From the human T2T-CHM13v2.0 reference genome, Homo sapiens, in assembly GCF_009914755.1 (NCBI RefSeq), contig NC_060944.1: 64,000 bases of DNA. The stretch is one strand, 5' to 3'. Both the position numbers and the translations under genes were made by a program. This document shows, piece after piece, positions 32,260-47,132 of this stretch (position 1 is the first letter of the stretch; each line of letters starts with the position of its first letter). The notes under the pieces were generated by a model. The model searched no databases. It was given only the letters and a program-made list of their open reading frames with translations, and was not told the DNA's origin.

Positions 32260-32720
32260 CACTTTGTTACTTCCTGGTACTGCATGAGCTTCATGTTGTA
32301 TGTTAATTGTCGTTGTACTATTACCAGCCATTTATTTGAGGAAACTTGGCTTTCGTTTTCAGGCATGGCGTTAGAAACCAATATCTGGCTTCTAGTTGTG
32401 CTCATTACTACTGGGATGTCATTTATTTTAAATGATCTCAGCTGACTGAGCAAAGAAATATATATTTGTATACTAAGCTGTAAATATATATATTTCTATA
32501 TGTAAGCCTCTGTGTATAAATATTAAACTAAGCATAAGTTCATACTGATGTCTTCAACTGTTATCCATTACCACGTGGATCAGTCTTGTTTCTTTCCATT
32601 GCCTATCTGTATATTCTACTCCAACCATGAGGAAGCTAGCTCCCACCATCCACCATCCATTTACCTAATTGTTCAGTTCCCAGTATACATGTACAGTGGT
32701 TTCAAAATTTTTAATATAAG
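31295..32720 (-). mobile_element. L1MC-like 3' fragment containing (TG)15 at 32227-32256
   Basis: gatagcacagagagttcc...tttggaattcttctgcacag antisense L1MC motifs. Confidence 0.7.
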
Positions 32721-32786
32721 AACTCTTTGAATACATATTTATTTCATTTTGTGCATCTAATGTTGGTTATAGAAAGACATTTTTCT

Positions 32787-33096
32787 GGCTGGGTGCGGTG
32801 GCTCGTGCCTGTAATCTCAGCACTTTGGGAGGCCGAGGCGGGTGGATCATGAGATCAGGAGATCGAGACTATCCTGAATAACACAGTGAAACCCCATCTC
32901 TACTAAAAATACAAAAAATTATCCAGATGTGGTGGCAGGTGCCTGTAGTCCCAGCTACTCGGGAGGCTGAAGAAGGAGAATGGCGTGAACCCCAGAGGCG
33001 GAGCTTGCACTGAGCTGAGATCACAACACTGCACTTCAGCCTGGGCAGCGGAACGAGACTCCGTCTTTAAAAAAAAAAAAAAAAAAAAAAGAAAAG
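32787..33096 (+). mobile_element. AluY
   Basis: aatggcgtgaacc and ggagcttgc diagnostics; A22 tail; TSD gaaagacattt(tt)ct. Confidence 0.93.
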
Positions 33097-33426
33097 GAAA
33101 GACATTTCTTTTATCATGGTTAATCTGAAAACCAGCGTGCATAATATGTTGAAATTTACTCGAGTTAAATAAGAATTGAAAATTTTTGCTTTAAATTTTA
33201 TATTTATGAATATAATTTATGTATATAGTTTTTTATTTTTACCTAATTATGGATTCGAAATAGTCATATGTATGTATGTAGGTAGTTTTTAAAAATAAGT
33301 AGTAATGCATGCAAATATCTTAAAAGTAACAAAAGCCAAAATTTTTCTTTTAAGTAACATGAAACAGCAGTCTGCCTCCCTGCTCCATTCTTTATACCCG
33401 CTCTCCAGGAAAAAGTCATATTCAGT

Positions 33427-33719
33427 TTTTCTTTTCTTTTTTTTTTTTTTTTTTTGAGACAGGGTCTCACTGAGAAGTGCAGTAGTAGAATCTCAATTCA
33501 CTATAACCACAACCTCCTGGGCTCATGCCATATTCCCACCTCAGCCTCATAAGTAGCTGAGACTATGGGTGTATACAATCATGCCCAGCTATTTTTTTTT
33601 TTCCTAGTGGTGGAGGTCTCGCTATGTTGCTCAGGGCAGTCTCAAACTCCTGGCCTCAAGTCATCCTCCCACCTTGGCCTCCCAAAGTGCTGGGATTACA
33701 GATGTGTAATTGCCCAGCC
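33427..33719 (-). mobile_element. AluJ-type SINE
   Basis: Antisense dimer; TSD atattcag(t/c)ttttc. Confidence 0.88.
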
Positions 33720-34984
33720 ATATTCAGCTTTTCAAGCTTTTTTTTCCTTCCTATGTTTACTTCAACATTCCTAAATAATATGCTTATACTCATATTTCTT
33801 CATATAAACTTTAACCTGAAAATTTATATCTAATAACGTTTTTGTGAGGAGACAAGAAAAAACACTAAGATATTTAATTGGTTCTTCAATAAATTTTGAC
33901 CAATCTTTTTGTATTTAGCCCTACCCACACACCTTGCTTATAGAGACACCAGGTATCCTTTCATCATAGATTCTTAACTTTCAGTACTCTTAGGTTGGAT
34001 ATGTTGTTGCCACTTGCTCACCAGCTTTCTACTTTCCAAATTTGATTAAAGTATTTCTTTTGCTCTTCTTTTATTTCTTCTTGTTTTTATAAGTGTATGC
34101 CTTTTGAAATGACTTTACTGCTGTTTTAGTGGGGTTTTTGGAGAGCAGAAATAAATGCCTACATTTAATTCACTTATGTGTAACTAGAAGTTAGAAGCCA
34201 GTTTTAAAAAATATGCAAGTTTACTTATAAGTAAATTATGAGATTTTTTCGATGATATTACCTGTATTATTTTTATTATGAGTACATTAATTTAAATAAC
34301 ATATTACACAGGAAAATGCAAGTTTCTCCATCATGCTGCCTTACCCCTCCTACTCACCCAAGTGCTGCTCTTTAGATTGGCATACCTTTTGTTGGATTGA
34401 TTAATTTTTGCATTGTTATACATTTTTATTCACTTGATATATATTAACCTATATCAATTTCCTCAATTGCTGCATATTATTCTATTGGTCAGATGTATCG
34501 TAACTTACTAATTCATGATTTATGGCCAATTAGTTGCTAATTTTTTTAAAATAATTTTACATGGGCATCTTTTAAAAAAGTTGAAGTTTAGATAAAAATG
34601 GAAGTGGTGAAAGCTAAACTTGTAATTGTTACTCATAGGCATGTAGATTTTTAAAAGAAGTTAATCACATTCTGTTAGCTAATGTAGTACAATGACATTT
34701 AATGAGAAATGTTTTCCTAAAGACCTTTCGTGATCCCCAAATCACACAATTCAAGATTATTTTTGCACTAAGAATAAAAGTAAAGTGTGTGGGAGTATAT
34801 TTTCAGATCATATAATTCTGCAACCATTGCAGCATATGATTTGTCATTGTTGCTTTAAATTTTTACAATATGATTGTTAATATTTTACATAACATTCTTT
34901 AAGATCATAGCACAGCATATCACTTATTTTTTTTAAAAAGTTTTAAAAATTTTTTCTTGATTTTATTTATTGAGTTTTTTTCAG

Positions 34985-35103
34985 ACCTCTGAGAAGCTGT
35001 GAATTATATAACAGCATGGCATATCATTCTGATTATTTAGAATCACAATTTAAAATCAAATTTGTTGTGCCAAGTTATCACAACAAATATCATTTATTTT
35101 CAG
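34985..35103 (+). other. Candidate 119-bp exon
   Basis: T-rich acceptor ending ttttttcag and donor CAG|gtatgg; one open frame with ATG at 35016 (MAYHSDYLESQFKIKFVVPSYHNKYHLFS); unique sequence. Confidence 0.35.
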
Positions 35104-35880
35104 GTATGGTTTCTAGTGTTAGCACAAAACAAACATTCCTTATTGGATACTTGGAATGCATCATTATGAGATCTGAAAAGAGTTTAAATTATAACAGTCT
35201 ATATTAAGTGATATCAAAAGAGTCACGAATTCATTTATAGGAATTTATTTTAAAAACATTATGTCCATATAATCTGTCCAAAGTTTGGCACTCATTTCTG
35301 TTTACCAGCTAGAGAGTTGGATAACCATGAAGCAAGCATAAAAGCCAGATTTGCAACTCATTCAACCAGCTCTAAGATGATAGTGCTGATGGTTTCTTGA
35401 GATATTCACATTATTTAAAATTTTGAGCCTAAGTTGAGATTCATTAATATTTTAATATCACAATATTTCAAATTTACATAATTCATATTTGAGTTAAATG
35501 TGATTTAACTGTATACATACACATACAGACACATAATAATATATATTTTAATATATATATATTGAGGTGACATTATCCATTATATTTATATATTTACTGT
35601 AACAACTCATGTCTAATAATAAGATAATAGGATGCTGTGATATGAACTATTTGACATGATTTTACTTATTTTCTCACTGCTTATGAATACAACCTGACTT
35701 TAGAAATCAATTTATATGCGTGTATAGACATATACATACATACATACGCAAGCATTATATGTATGTTGTGTTGTGTTGCATTTGTAAGAGTGCTAGGCAC
35801 TCTAATTTTTTAGCTAATTCAATTACTATCACATGTGGCATTAAGCATTGTGAAGGAACAGACTTTTAAAGCGATTATAA

Positions 35881-36090
35881 GTCCATTAACCATCCCTACC
35901 TCCCCCCAACCCTAGCTACCCTTCCCAGCCTCTGGTAACCATCTTTCTACTCTCTATTTCCATGAGTTCAATTATTTTGATTTTCAGGTCCAACAAATAA
36001 GTGAGAACAAGTGATGTTTGCCTTTATGTGTCTGGCTTATTTTATTTAACATAATGATCACCGAAAATTAAATTAAAAAAACAAAGAAAA
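35881..36090 (-). mobile_element. Short L1MA2/3-like 3'UTR fragment followed by a sense-like A-rich tail
   Basis: ctacccttcccagcctctggtaacc...caaataagtgagaac matches the antisense of 15470-15625. Confidence 0.75.
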
Positions 36091-36414
36091 ACAGATTAGA
36101 CAATAAAAAGAAATATTTTAGTTAGTTCTAAAGAGGATTTATCTTTAGTCTATTTCCAAGAAATAATTTAAACCATCTATATTATTGTTAAGTCTTAGCA
36201 CTGACTTGCAAATTTATAGACTACAATCATGTAGCTTTTAACCATTTATTATTTTTTGTTATAATTTTCCAGTATTTTAGGATTTGGGGAGATGACCATA
36301 TCAATAATCAAATAATCCAAAACATTAATCAAAGTATATTTAATAGTTATTCCAAAGCCCATGAATATTTTTGTAACATATCAAAGTAAATATTATTAAA
36401 TAAAAGATTTTTAA

Positions 36415-36792
<378 letters not shown>

Positions 36793-37669
36793 AGCATTCA
36801 ATTTTCCCTAGATGTCCAATCATTTGAGATCATCGTTCCCATTTGTATGTAACAGTGTAATTATAATGACTATGTTTCCAAAATCTCCTTCTCATTGTCT
36901 CTGGACGCTCCAGTCGACACTTACTTTTATTCTGTACTTTCACTGAATTCTCAATCTCATTCCAATTCTAATATATTATTCTCTTTCTCTGGATCATCTG
37001 ACCCAAAAGGAGAAGACCAACCTTTTTTTAAAAAATTTTCCCCAAAACATGATTGTAAATATCTGTGTTAAGTAGGCATTTCTTTGTGATTTGTGGTTAA
37101 TGGAAGATTACTTTGAAGCATAGCATAAAATTGAGTATTATACAACCTTGTTCACTGAAGATAATTCAGCCTCTTTCACCATCACCAATTTCTCCCTGAT
37201 CAACTTTTCCCCAGCCTCCCTGTGTGGACAACATGTGACCCGCATTCTATTTTCTGTTTGGGTCCCCTTCATAAGACTCTTTCTCTCCAAACACAGCCAT
37301 CAGCTGACAAAAAATTCAGAATTCTCCTTGCACAGTAGTTCTCACATCTCTACCTTTTCAGACCAGTCCATTATAGAAAGAAGGCCTCTAGAATGGCAAA
37401 TTTTACATGTCAATTTAACTAGGTCATGAAGTGCCCAGATAGTTAGTCAAGCTTTATTCTGGGTCTTTGTGAGTGTTTGGGGGGTGAGACTAACATTTAA
37501 ATTAGTAGATTTTAACAATGAGTTAGATTAACATTTAAGTCAGTACAGTAAAGTTGATTGTGCTCCATAATGTGGGTGGGACTCGTCCAATCACTTGAAG
37601 GTCTGAGTAGAACAGAGACCAATCCTCTCCCGGGTAAAATAGATTTTTCCAGCTGACTGCTTTGTGATT

Positions 37670-38033
37670 TGTTATAAACCCAATGCTTGAACTCTCCAGC
37701 ATTCATATATTAAAACCCTAATATGATGGTATTAGGAAGAAGGAATTAGGGAGGTTACTAGGATTATATGAGATCACCAGGCTGGAGCCATTATGAATGG
37801 GATTAGTGTCCCGTTAGAGTACCAAGAGAGCTTGCTTCCTCTCTCCACCTTGTGAGGGCACCACTAGAAGACTGTTGTCTATGAACCAGGAGTTGGGCCC
37901 TCACTAGACACTGAATCTGCCAGTGCTTTGTCTTGGAATTCCCAGCCTCTAGAACTATCAGAAATAAAAGTTTGTTTAAGCCATCGCCATGCAGTTTACA
38001 GTATTTCATTATAGCATCCTGAGCTGACTAATA
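37670..38033 (+). mobile_element. MLT1 (A/B/C-like) LTR nested in MLT2
   Basis: tgttat... ccctcactagacactgaatctgccagtgc...cagcctctagaact...gactaata. Confidence 0.75.
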
Positions 38034-38109
38034 AGACTTCATCTGCTGCATTGTCTCTCCCTGGGTCTCTTGCACCATTACCAGCCTCCATAATCCCATG
38101 AGCCAATTC

Positions 38110-38856
38110 TTTTATTTTGTAAATTGTGTGGATACAGGAGGTGTATATATTTATGGGATACATAACATATTTTGATACAGGCATACAATGTATAATAATC
38201 ACATCAGAGTAAATGGGGTATCCATCACCTCAACCACTTATTCTTTCTTTGTGATAAGAACAATCAATTATACTCTTTTAATTATTTTTAAATGAACAGT
38301 ATTATTGACTGTAGTTCACTGTTGTGCTATCAAATACTAGATCTTATTCATTTTCTCTAAATATATTTTTGTACCCATTAACCATTCCTACTTCCCCCGA
38401 CTACCCTTCCCAGCATCTGTTAACTATCATTCTGTTCTCTATCTCCATGGGTTCCACTGTTTTAATTTTTTTAGCACCCACAAATAAGTGAGACCATGTG
38501 AAGTTTGTCTTTCTGTGGCTAGCTTATTTCACTTAACAAAATAACCACCATCCATGTTGTTGCAAATAACAGAATCTCATTCTTTTTTATTGCTAAATAG
38601 TACTCCATTGTGTATATGGACTCCATTTTCTTTATCTATTCTTCTGTTGAGGAATACGTATGTTGCTTCCAAATCTTGGCTGCTGTGAATAGTGCTGCAG
38701 TAAACATGGGAGTGCAGGTGTCTCTTCAATAAATTGATTTCCTTTCTTTTGGGTACATACCCAGCAGTGGGATTGCTGGATCACATTTTACATGTCAACT
38801 TAACTAGGCCATGAGGTGCCCAGATAGTTAAGCAAGCTTTATACTGGGTCTTTGTG

Positions 38857-38896
<40 letters not shown>

Positions 38897-39381
38897 GTAG
38901 GGGGGTGAGATTAACATTTAAATTAGTTTAAATTTTAACTAATTTTTTAGTTTTTTGAGGAATGTCCAAACTATTCTCCATAGTGGTTGTACTAATTTAT
39001 ATCTCCACAAACAGTGTACAAGGGTTCCTTTTTCTCCACATCCTCACCAGCGTTTCTTGGTGCCTATCTTTTTGTTATATGCCATTTGAACTGGGGTGAG
39101 ATGATATTTCTTTGTAGTTTTGATTTGCATTTTTCTGATGATAAATGACGCTTAGCACCTTTTCATAGGCCTGTTTGCCATTTGTGTGCCTTCTGTTGAG
39201 AAATGTTTGTTCAGCTCTGTTGCCCATTTTTTTTATCGGATTACATTTTTTCCTATAAAATTATTTGAGCTTCTTATATATTGTGGTTTTGAATCTTTTG
39301 TCAGACGGATAGTTTGCAAACGTTTTCTCCCATCTTGTGGATTGTCTCTTCACTTTGTTGATTGTATCTGTTGCTGTGCAT
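38110..39381 (-). mobile_element. L1MA2/3-like 5'-truncated insertion
   Basis: Antisense 3' end gtggatacaggaggtgtatatatttatggg; degenerate TSD catgagccaatt / catgaaccaact. Confidence 0.85.
38785..38939 (+). repeat. Dispersed copy of 37400-37516 with a T36 tract
   Basis: By-eye alignment, about 90% identical outside the T run. Confidence 0.92.
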
Positions 39382-40202
39382 CATGAACCAACTGATGTGT
39401 GCATCGTGTGTGTGTGGGTGTGCGTGCGCGCACATCTTATTGGTTCTGTTTCTCTGGAGAATACTGACGAATACAATCTCTTCAATCCCCTCCTATGACC
39501 CACGAAGCTATTTTGCTAAATAGAGGCATCTGCTACGGGCTCTTAAATTTGCAAACTTTAATATTATTGTAGTCTTAGTTATGTGCACTTTCTCGTCAAT
39601 CTCTAAGGGAAAAGGGAGCTATGTAGCAATTTATTTTCACACTGATATTAATTTTGCTGACTCCCTTACCTACCTCCCTGCCTGAGTCAAGAAATGTTCC
39701 CATAAGAGGTTGTTGTTTTTTAACTGAGCTTAGTTTACATGTTTTTATTTTAAAGAGATATTTATTCTATTATTACATTTATTCTCATGGGTTGCCTTCT
39801 TTAAAAAATGAGTGTCTAATTTAACAGTTTAAATCTAATGAGAAGGTTGCAGGTGCTGAGAACTTGAAAAATTTGATTGTGATTTGTCCACATGCAGTAG
39901 CACATTCTACAATTCTCAGAGTCCCAGAATCAGGAGAAAATCAATAAAATGATCAGCTTGTATCACTCAGAAGGCAATGTCGCTGGACCATAAAAGGCGA
40001 GTCCCAGTAAATGCTCTTACATTATCTCCTTCTAATACAGTGATGTAGAGCTAGCAGTATAGTACAGGAAAATAACTGGAAATGTATTTTGTTAATATAT
40101 TTTTGGGAGAATGGTAGTATCTGCTACAAATTTTAGTAGTACTTTAAAGTAGACTTTATCAACCTCAGCATTGTTGAGCTTTTGAACTGAATAGTTCCTT
40201 GC

Positions 40203-40290
40203 TGGGGGAGGAGGAGAAGAAGGAAGAAAGGAGGGAAGGAAAGGAGGAAGGGACGGGGAGGGAGGAAAACAGGGAGGGAGGGAAGAGAGA
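40203..40290. repeat. GA-rich low-complexity tract
   Basis: Almost pure purine run. Confidence 0.8.
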
Positions 40291-40303
40291 AAGTTAGTTG
40301 TAA

Positions 40304-41510
<1,207 letters not shown>

Positions 41511-41635
41511 GAAAGTCCACTTAACATAGACACTTCTGTTTGTGGTATTGCTCTGGTTTTAATGTCCTTCATATGGAAACACCCATCAATTAAAAATTAT
41601 ATTGAACTTTCATGCTTAAATTATTTTTTTTTCAG

Positions 41636-41692
41636 AATTGAAAAAGGACACTTAAAACATTTTCATTACAATATTCACCATTCCTTTGGGAA
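41636..41692 (+). other. Candidate 57-bp exon
   Basis: T9 tract plus cag acceptor; donor GAA|gtgagt. Confidence 0.22.
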
Positions 41693-42542
41693 GTGAGTTC
41701 TCAAAGACATTTGAATGTTTTCCTCACCTACCTATTTGGGGGTATAAGGCAACTACTGTAAGAAAAGATTATTTTGAAAAAGAATTCTAGGTCCATTTTC
41801 CTACAGGGAATTGTGAGAGCTTATGACTCATTCCTGATTACTCAAATAAAAGTCATTCCTTTAAATAACTTACGATAACGCCCTTAATAGTTTTCACAGG
41901 CAACTTCAAATGTTATTTTTTTAAGAAGGTGAAGATGTCTTATTTCTTTCTTTCTTCACATAGATTTATTTTTCCCATTTACCTCTCATAGATAATGTGT
42001 CATGTATTTCCTTCATAAGACAGTATAAATCTCTAAGACTACCTTTGGAGATTTTAAGGATCAAAAAAGTCAAATAAAATCAATACTTTATATTATTATA
42101 TGCAAAGTTGTATGCGGAGTGCTGTAGTGGATACCCATTTCTGTGAGTCCTCAGAGAGATTTCAATATAATCTGAAAGGTGACATTAACAGCAAAGTTGG
42201 GAATGTGAGAGAATGAAGGGTGGGAAGTGTGGAGAGAAAATGTTAACAGCTAATCACAACAGGGCAGAAACCACGAGTCGGGGTGGGTGTGGAGAAGCAT
42301 GATTATTGGCCAAATATATGATTTTCCTGCTATGAAATTTTGAAGATGCTAAATTTAATTGAGATTTGAATATAATTAATATCTCACATTGAGGTAGGTT
42401 AGATAGGGTGTTCATAGCCTCCTTCAGCAGAAAACAAGAAACTTGTCAAATTGATAGAAAGAACAAACCACCCACATGTACCCAGACGACATCCTGAGCT
42501 TGTAGTGACAAAATCCTACAGCAAAGAGGTAGAGGAACGGAA

Positions 42543-42554
42543 GGGAAAGTCCCC
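42543..42554 (-). promoter_or_regulatory. Consensus NF-kappaB site GGGGACTTTCCC
   Basis: Plus strand gggaaagtcccc contains the canonical Ig-kappa kB sequence; unique DNA. Confidence 0.45.
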
Positions 42555-44656
42555 AAATTCACAGAAGCACAGAAACCCTGAGCAGCCCGTTCTGATCCGC
42601 TGTCAGAGTGTGTGTGTTCGCTGTGCAGGCAACTCTCCTGCTCACTCTTACTTTAGACTCACTCACAAATTCTTTTGTGTTGCGGAGAGAAGAGCCTGAA
42701 TTTGTGCACAGACAATGGAAATATCTTTCCCCTTTGTCTCCCAATTTCTAAACCCACTGTCTCTGCAGCTAAGTGATATCCAAATTTCTTCGTGGCTCAA
42801 AATAGATAAGGGTTCCAACATTTGGGTTTAGGTAATACTAATGCAACAAGTTGTAAAGGACACACTCTGAGTTCCCAGAAAGCGATTGGGTTCTGAAATA
42901 CACACATGTCTGAAATACACATTTCAAAGAGTGGAGTAAATGCTTTACATGTATGAAGTTTTATATTTTTCTTTCTCATTTGGATAAGCCTGAAAGATGT
43001 AAAAACATTTCTTAGTTGTCATATCAATATGCCAATTATTGGCATTCTCTTCAGTATTTGTTGTATACTATGGATAATTGTTGACCTTTTTTCCCCCCAA
43101 ATCACAAGTTCTTCTGAGAATGTCCATTCTGTGTTCTTCGTGAAAGTGAAATACCAGTTTCTTTTTTATTATTTCTTTCTAAGTGTGAATTTTTCTTGTC
43201 TTTTATTTCACACAACTGTGAATGTGTCTTCTCTTTTATTGTTATGCTGAAGTTAATTTTTTTAATCCTTTGCCTCCAAAATGAATAATTCTCCCCCAAG
43301 CACCCAAGGAAGTGGATTTATTCATGTGTTCTGTGTAGTGAATGTCTTTTATCCCCCACTTCTTGAAATTCTTCTCTTTTTTTTTTTTTGCTCAGGTAAC
43401 ATTTATCTACTTTGTCTCTTCCATGCCACAAAATGATGAATTTTGAAGGGTGATTTTTTTTCCACTTTTCTGTTAAGTGAGGAAGCAACAAAAGGACTTA
43501 AAGTTGCAGTTATAACACTCTTGCCAGTGTCTTCTTTTAGAAATTCATGCAATTATTTACTTCTGTGAACTCTTACTGGGTTGGCTGATTCCTTCCCTCT
43601 TGGTGGTACTCCTGAATGTGTATTTCTAAGATTAAATATAACTCTATATTTAATAAACATAAAAGGCTTTATTTAAACATTGAAAATATTCTACTTTCTG
43701 CATAATTTTTAAACTTACAATACACTGCTAATGGGCTTATAATGACTAATGGTAAGCTTATTTTTTAATGACTTTCTGAGAGATTACATTTCTATTTCTA
43801 ATTTTTCTCTGGTTTACATGATAAGAACTGGTCAGGACAACTCTTCTACCCGGTCATCTTACTCTTATATACAGACATTTATTCATTCACCAAATAATTA
43901 TTGAGGACCTATTATGTGCCATACAAGAGGCTAGAGGCTGGGTGTAAGTAGTTAATTATTGAGATCTGGCCCCACTCCTCTGGTGTTAACAGTTTAGTTA
44001 GGCAGACAGTCTTGAAATCAATAAACCAATAAATGATCCATGCAACTGAATACACCCTGATTTTCCACTGGAGGGAGACGCAATTCCTTTTCACCCTCTA
44101 CAGCTATCTGTTTTCCCATTTCTCACAATAATTATTGCTGGTACTTATTGAGAGGTGACTATGCCAGAGACTTTTGTTATGTTTTTTAATTACATTATTT
44201 TGTCTGATCCTCAGACACCCTATAAGATCTAACATTATATGCAGTCTATAGATATGGAAACTGAGTCTGGGAATGGCTAAGTGTCATTGTGAAAGCCAAC
44301 TGTGGAGCCAAAGTCAAACTATGGACCTCCTTGAGCCTGGATGAATTCACTTGACTTTTTCCTGTTACTGCCAGACAAATAACCCCTTCCTTTTTCTAAC
44401 GGAAACCTTCTCTCTCCAGTCAATCAGTCAATCAATCAGTTCAAGGACTTTTTTTCCCCAAAACCACTAATATGCATTTTGGGCAACTTCAATGGAAGTT
44501 ACCTGGTCATTTATTTATTTTTTAGTCAGTCATTTATTTATTTTTTACTCACTTGTATGCTTGGGAGTCCAGTAGCACGAATAAGAGTTTATTCACCACA
44601 GATGCTTTCAGGTAGAGGCTCAGTAAATATTTGTTGCATTAAAGAATGTGAGAAAA

Positions 44657-44960
<304 letters not shown>

Positions 44961-45238
44961 TTAGGAAAAAAACCTATGATTAAGAAACATATTCTTATTT
45001 AGGAGGACCTCACAATCCAAATGAACCCAAGAAAATCTCGTCCAATATAAAGCAAAATAATGTGTCATTAGAGGGATAAGCACAGAGGGATAAAAAGGAA
45101 CTATTGGCCTGGATTTCAGGCTTAGAAGTTAAAGAGGAATGCCTAAAGGTATGAAAATGGAAATTGAGTTCCAAAGATTAATTTGATAAGACACGAGAAG
45201 TGGTGGAGGAGTACATGCTAAGATGGTCATAGCCAATT

Positions 45239-45456
45239 CAGAGTGTTTCAGCTTTGCGCTGTTGAGATTTGGGTTAGGGAGTTATTTGTCATGCAGGGCT
45301 GTCTTGGGTCTTGTAGAATGTTGAGCAGCATCCCTGGCCTCTATCCACTAGATGCCAGTAGCACATCTCATGCCTGAGTGGCAACAATCAAACATATCTC
45401 CAGACATTGCCAAATATTCCCTTGGGGCTAAAATCACCCCTGGTAGAGAACCACTG
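45239..45456. mobile_element. MER20 (hAT-Charlie)
   Basis: agcagcatccctggcctctatccactagatgccagtagca...tctccagacattgccaaat...gagaaccactg. Confidence 0.85.
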
Positions 45457-46357
45457 GCCTGATATTTAAACATATGTTTCAATGTAGTTGTGAAGATTAG
45501 AGATAAGCAATAAGCTTGAGACCCAGATTGAATGATGCCATTATCAGAAGGAAGCTGGAATCAATTAAAGGAAAGGTTTTGCTAAAGGAACTAAGGGATT
45601 TCACTGTAGGATTGACTCATTGGGATGATTTCAAAAGGAGAACAACTTCAGATATTAATTCCAGAAGAAACAGCACTTGAGAGGAACAGTTGTGTTGTCT
45701 ACATTAAAGTCATTCTTGTCCCTCTCCCGAGAACTGTCACTTGATACCTCTGAATATGTGTGTATGTGTTTCTATGTACACTTTATTAACTTGAAATAAG
45801 AAGGCAGGTTGTGTCAGACAGTTCCAGTGCTCATAAGCCTCAGGAAGCTGTTTCTATAAGCACTTTCAGATGCTTATAGAATGCTCTCCTAGCATTGATA
45901 ACCCATTATTTTAATACCTTTTATTGAATTCTGTTTCCCCCATGTTCACATCAAGTAAGTATATTCAATTCAGCTCCCTAATTACTGAGAGCCTGGGCAA
46001 CACTAGGTGAGATAAGGTAAAACACTGTTCTTGATCTCAGGGAAGCAGCATTGCTCGAGCACATGAGGTTGGAAGTTACCTAAATCTGAGTTTGTATGTT
46101 GTTAATTGACCCTTGTGACATTACTGAGGTTATTCAGCTTCCATAAGTGATGGTTTTCTTATCTATAGAATAGGGATGATACTGGTAACACAGTCTTAGA
46201 GCTGTCAAGATCGAGGAGTGAGTGACCACAGATTGCTGCACCTGTGCCCTTCTTGTTGCTGGACAGGGGATCACCATGATTTGCAGGCTACTAGGTAGGT
46301 AATATTAGTGATTGAAACAATAGGGCCAGAGAAGTCCTTTTGAAACTGTATGGGGTG

Positions 46358-46797
<440 letters not shown>

Positions 46798-46938
46798 TTA
46801 TCCCATTCAAGGGATGAGATAACTGGGGCATTTATACAAATTCTGTCAGTTATTATTGAGGATTTTTTCCAAGAAGTGAGAATTATCTGGCATGGTCTGG
46901 GTACAATGTCAGACATACCACATCATGGCAGAGTGCAT

Positions 46939-47132
46939 AGGGTTGCCAGACATAAAAATTAATAGTACAAGATGCCCAGTTAAATTTGAATTTTGGGTGA
47001 ACAGCTATTTTTTTTCTATTTATATAGGTATGGCCCATGCAATATTTGTGACATACATACACTAAAATATTACCTCTTGCTTATCTGCAATTCAAATTTA
47101 ACTGTGCATCCTGCATTTTCTCTGGCAACTCT
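46939..47132. mobile_element. MER53 palindromic hAT MITE
   Basis: TIRs agggttgccaga / tctggcaactct; inner cagttaaatttgaatt / aattcaaatttaactg; 8-bp TSD gagtgcat / gagtggat. Confidence 0.85.

Larger units (their letters stand above)
37388..39474 (+). mobile_element. MLT2 (ERVL) LTR interrupted by MLT1 and L1MA
   Basis: 5' ttttacatgtcaa...tgcccagat...aatgtgggtggg; 3' tattggttctgtttctctggagaatactgacgaataca. Confidence 0.8.
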
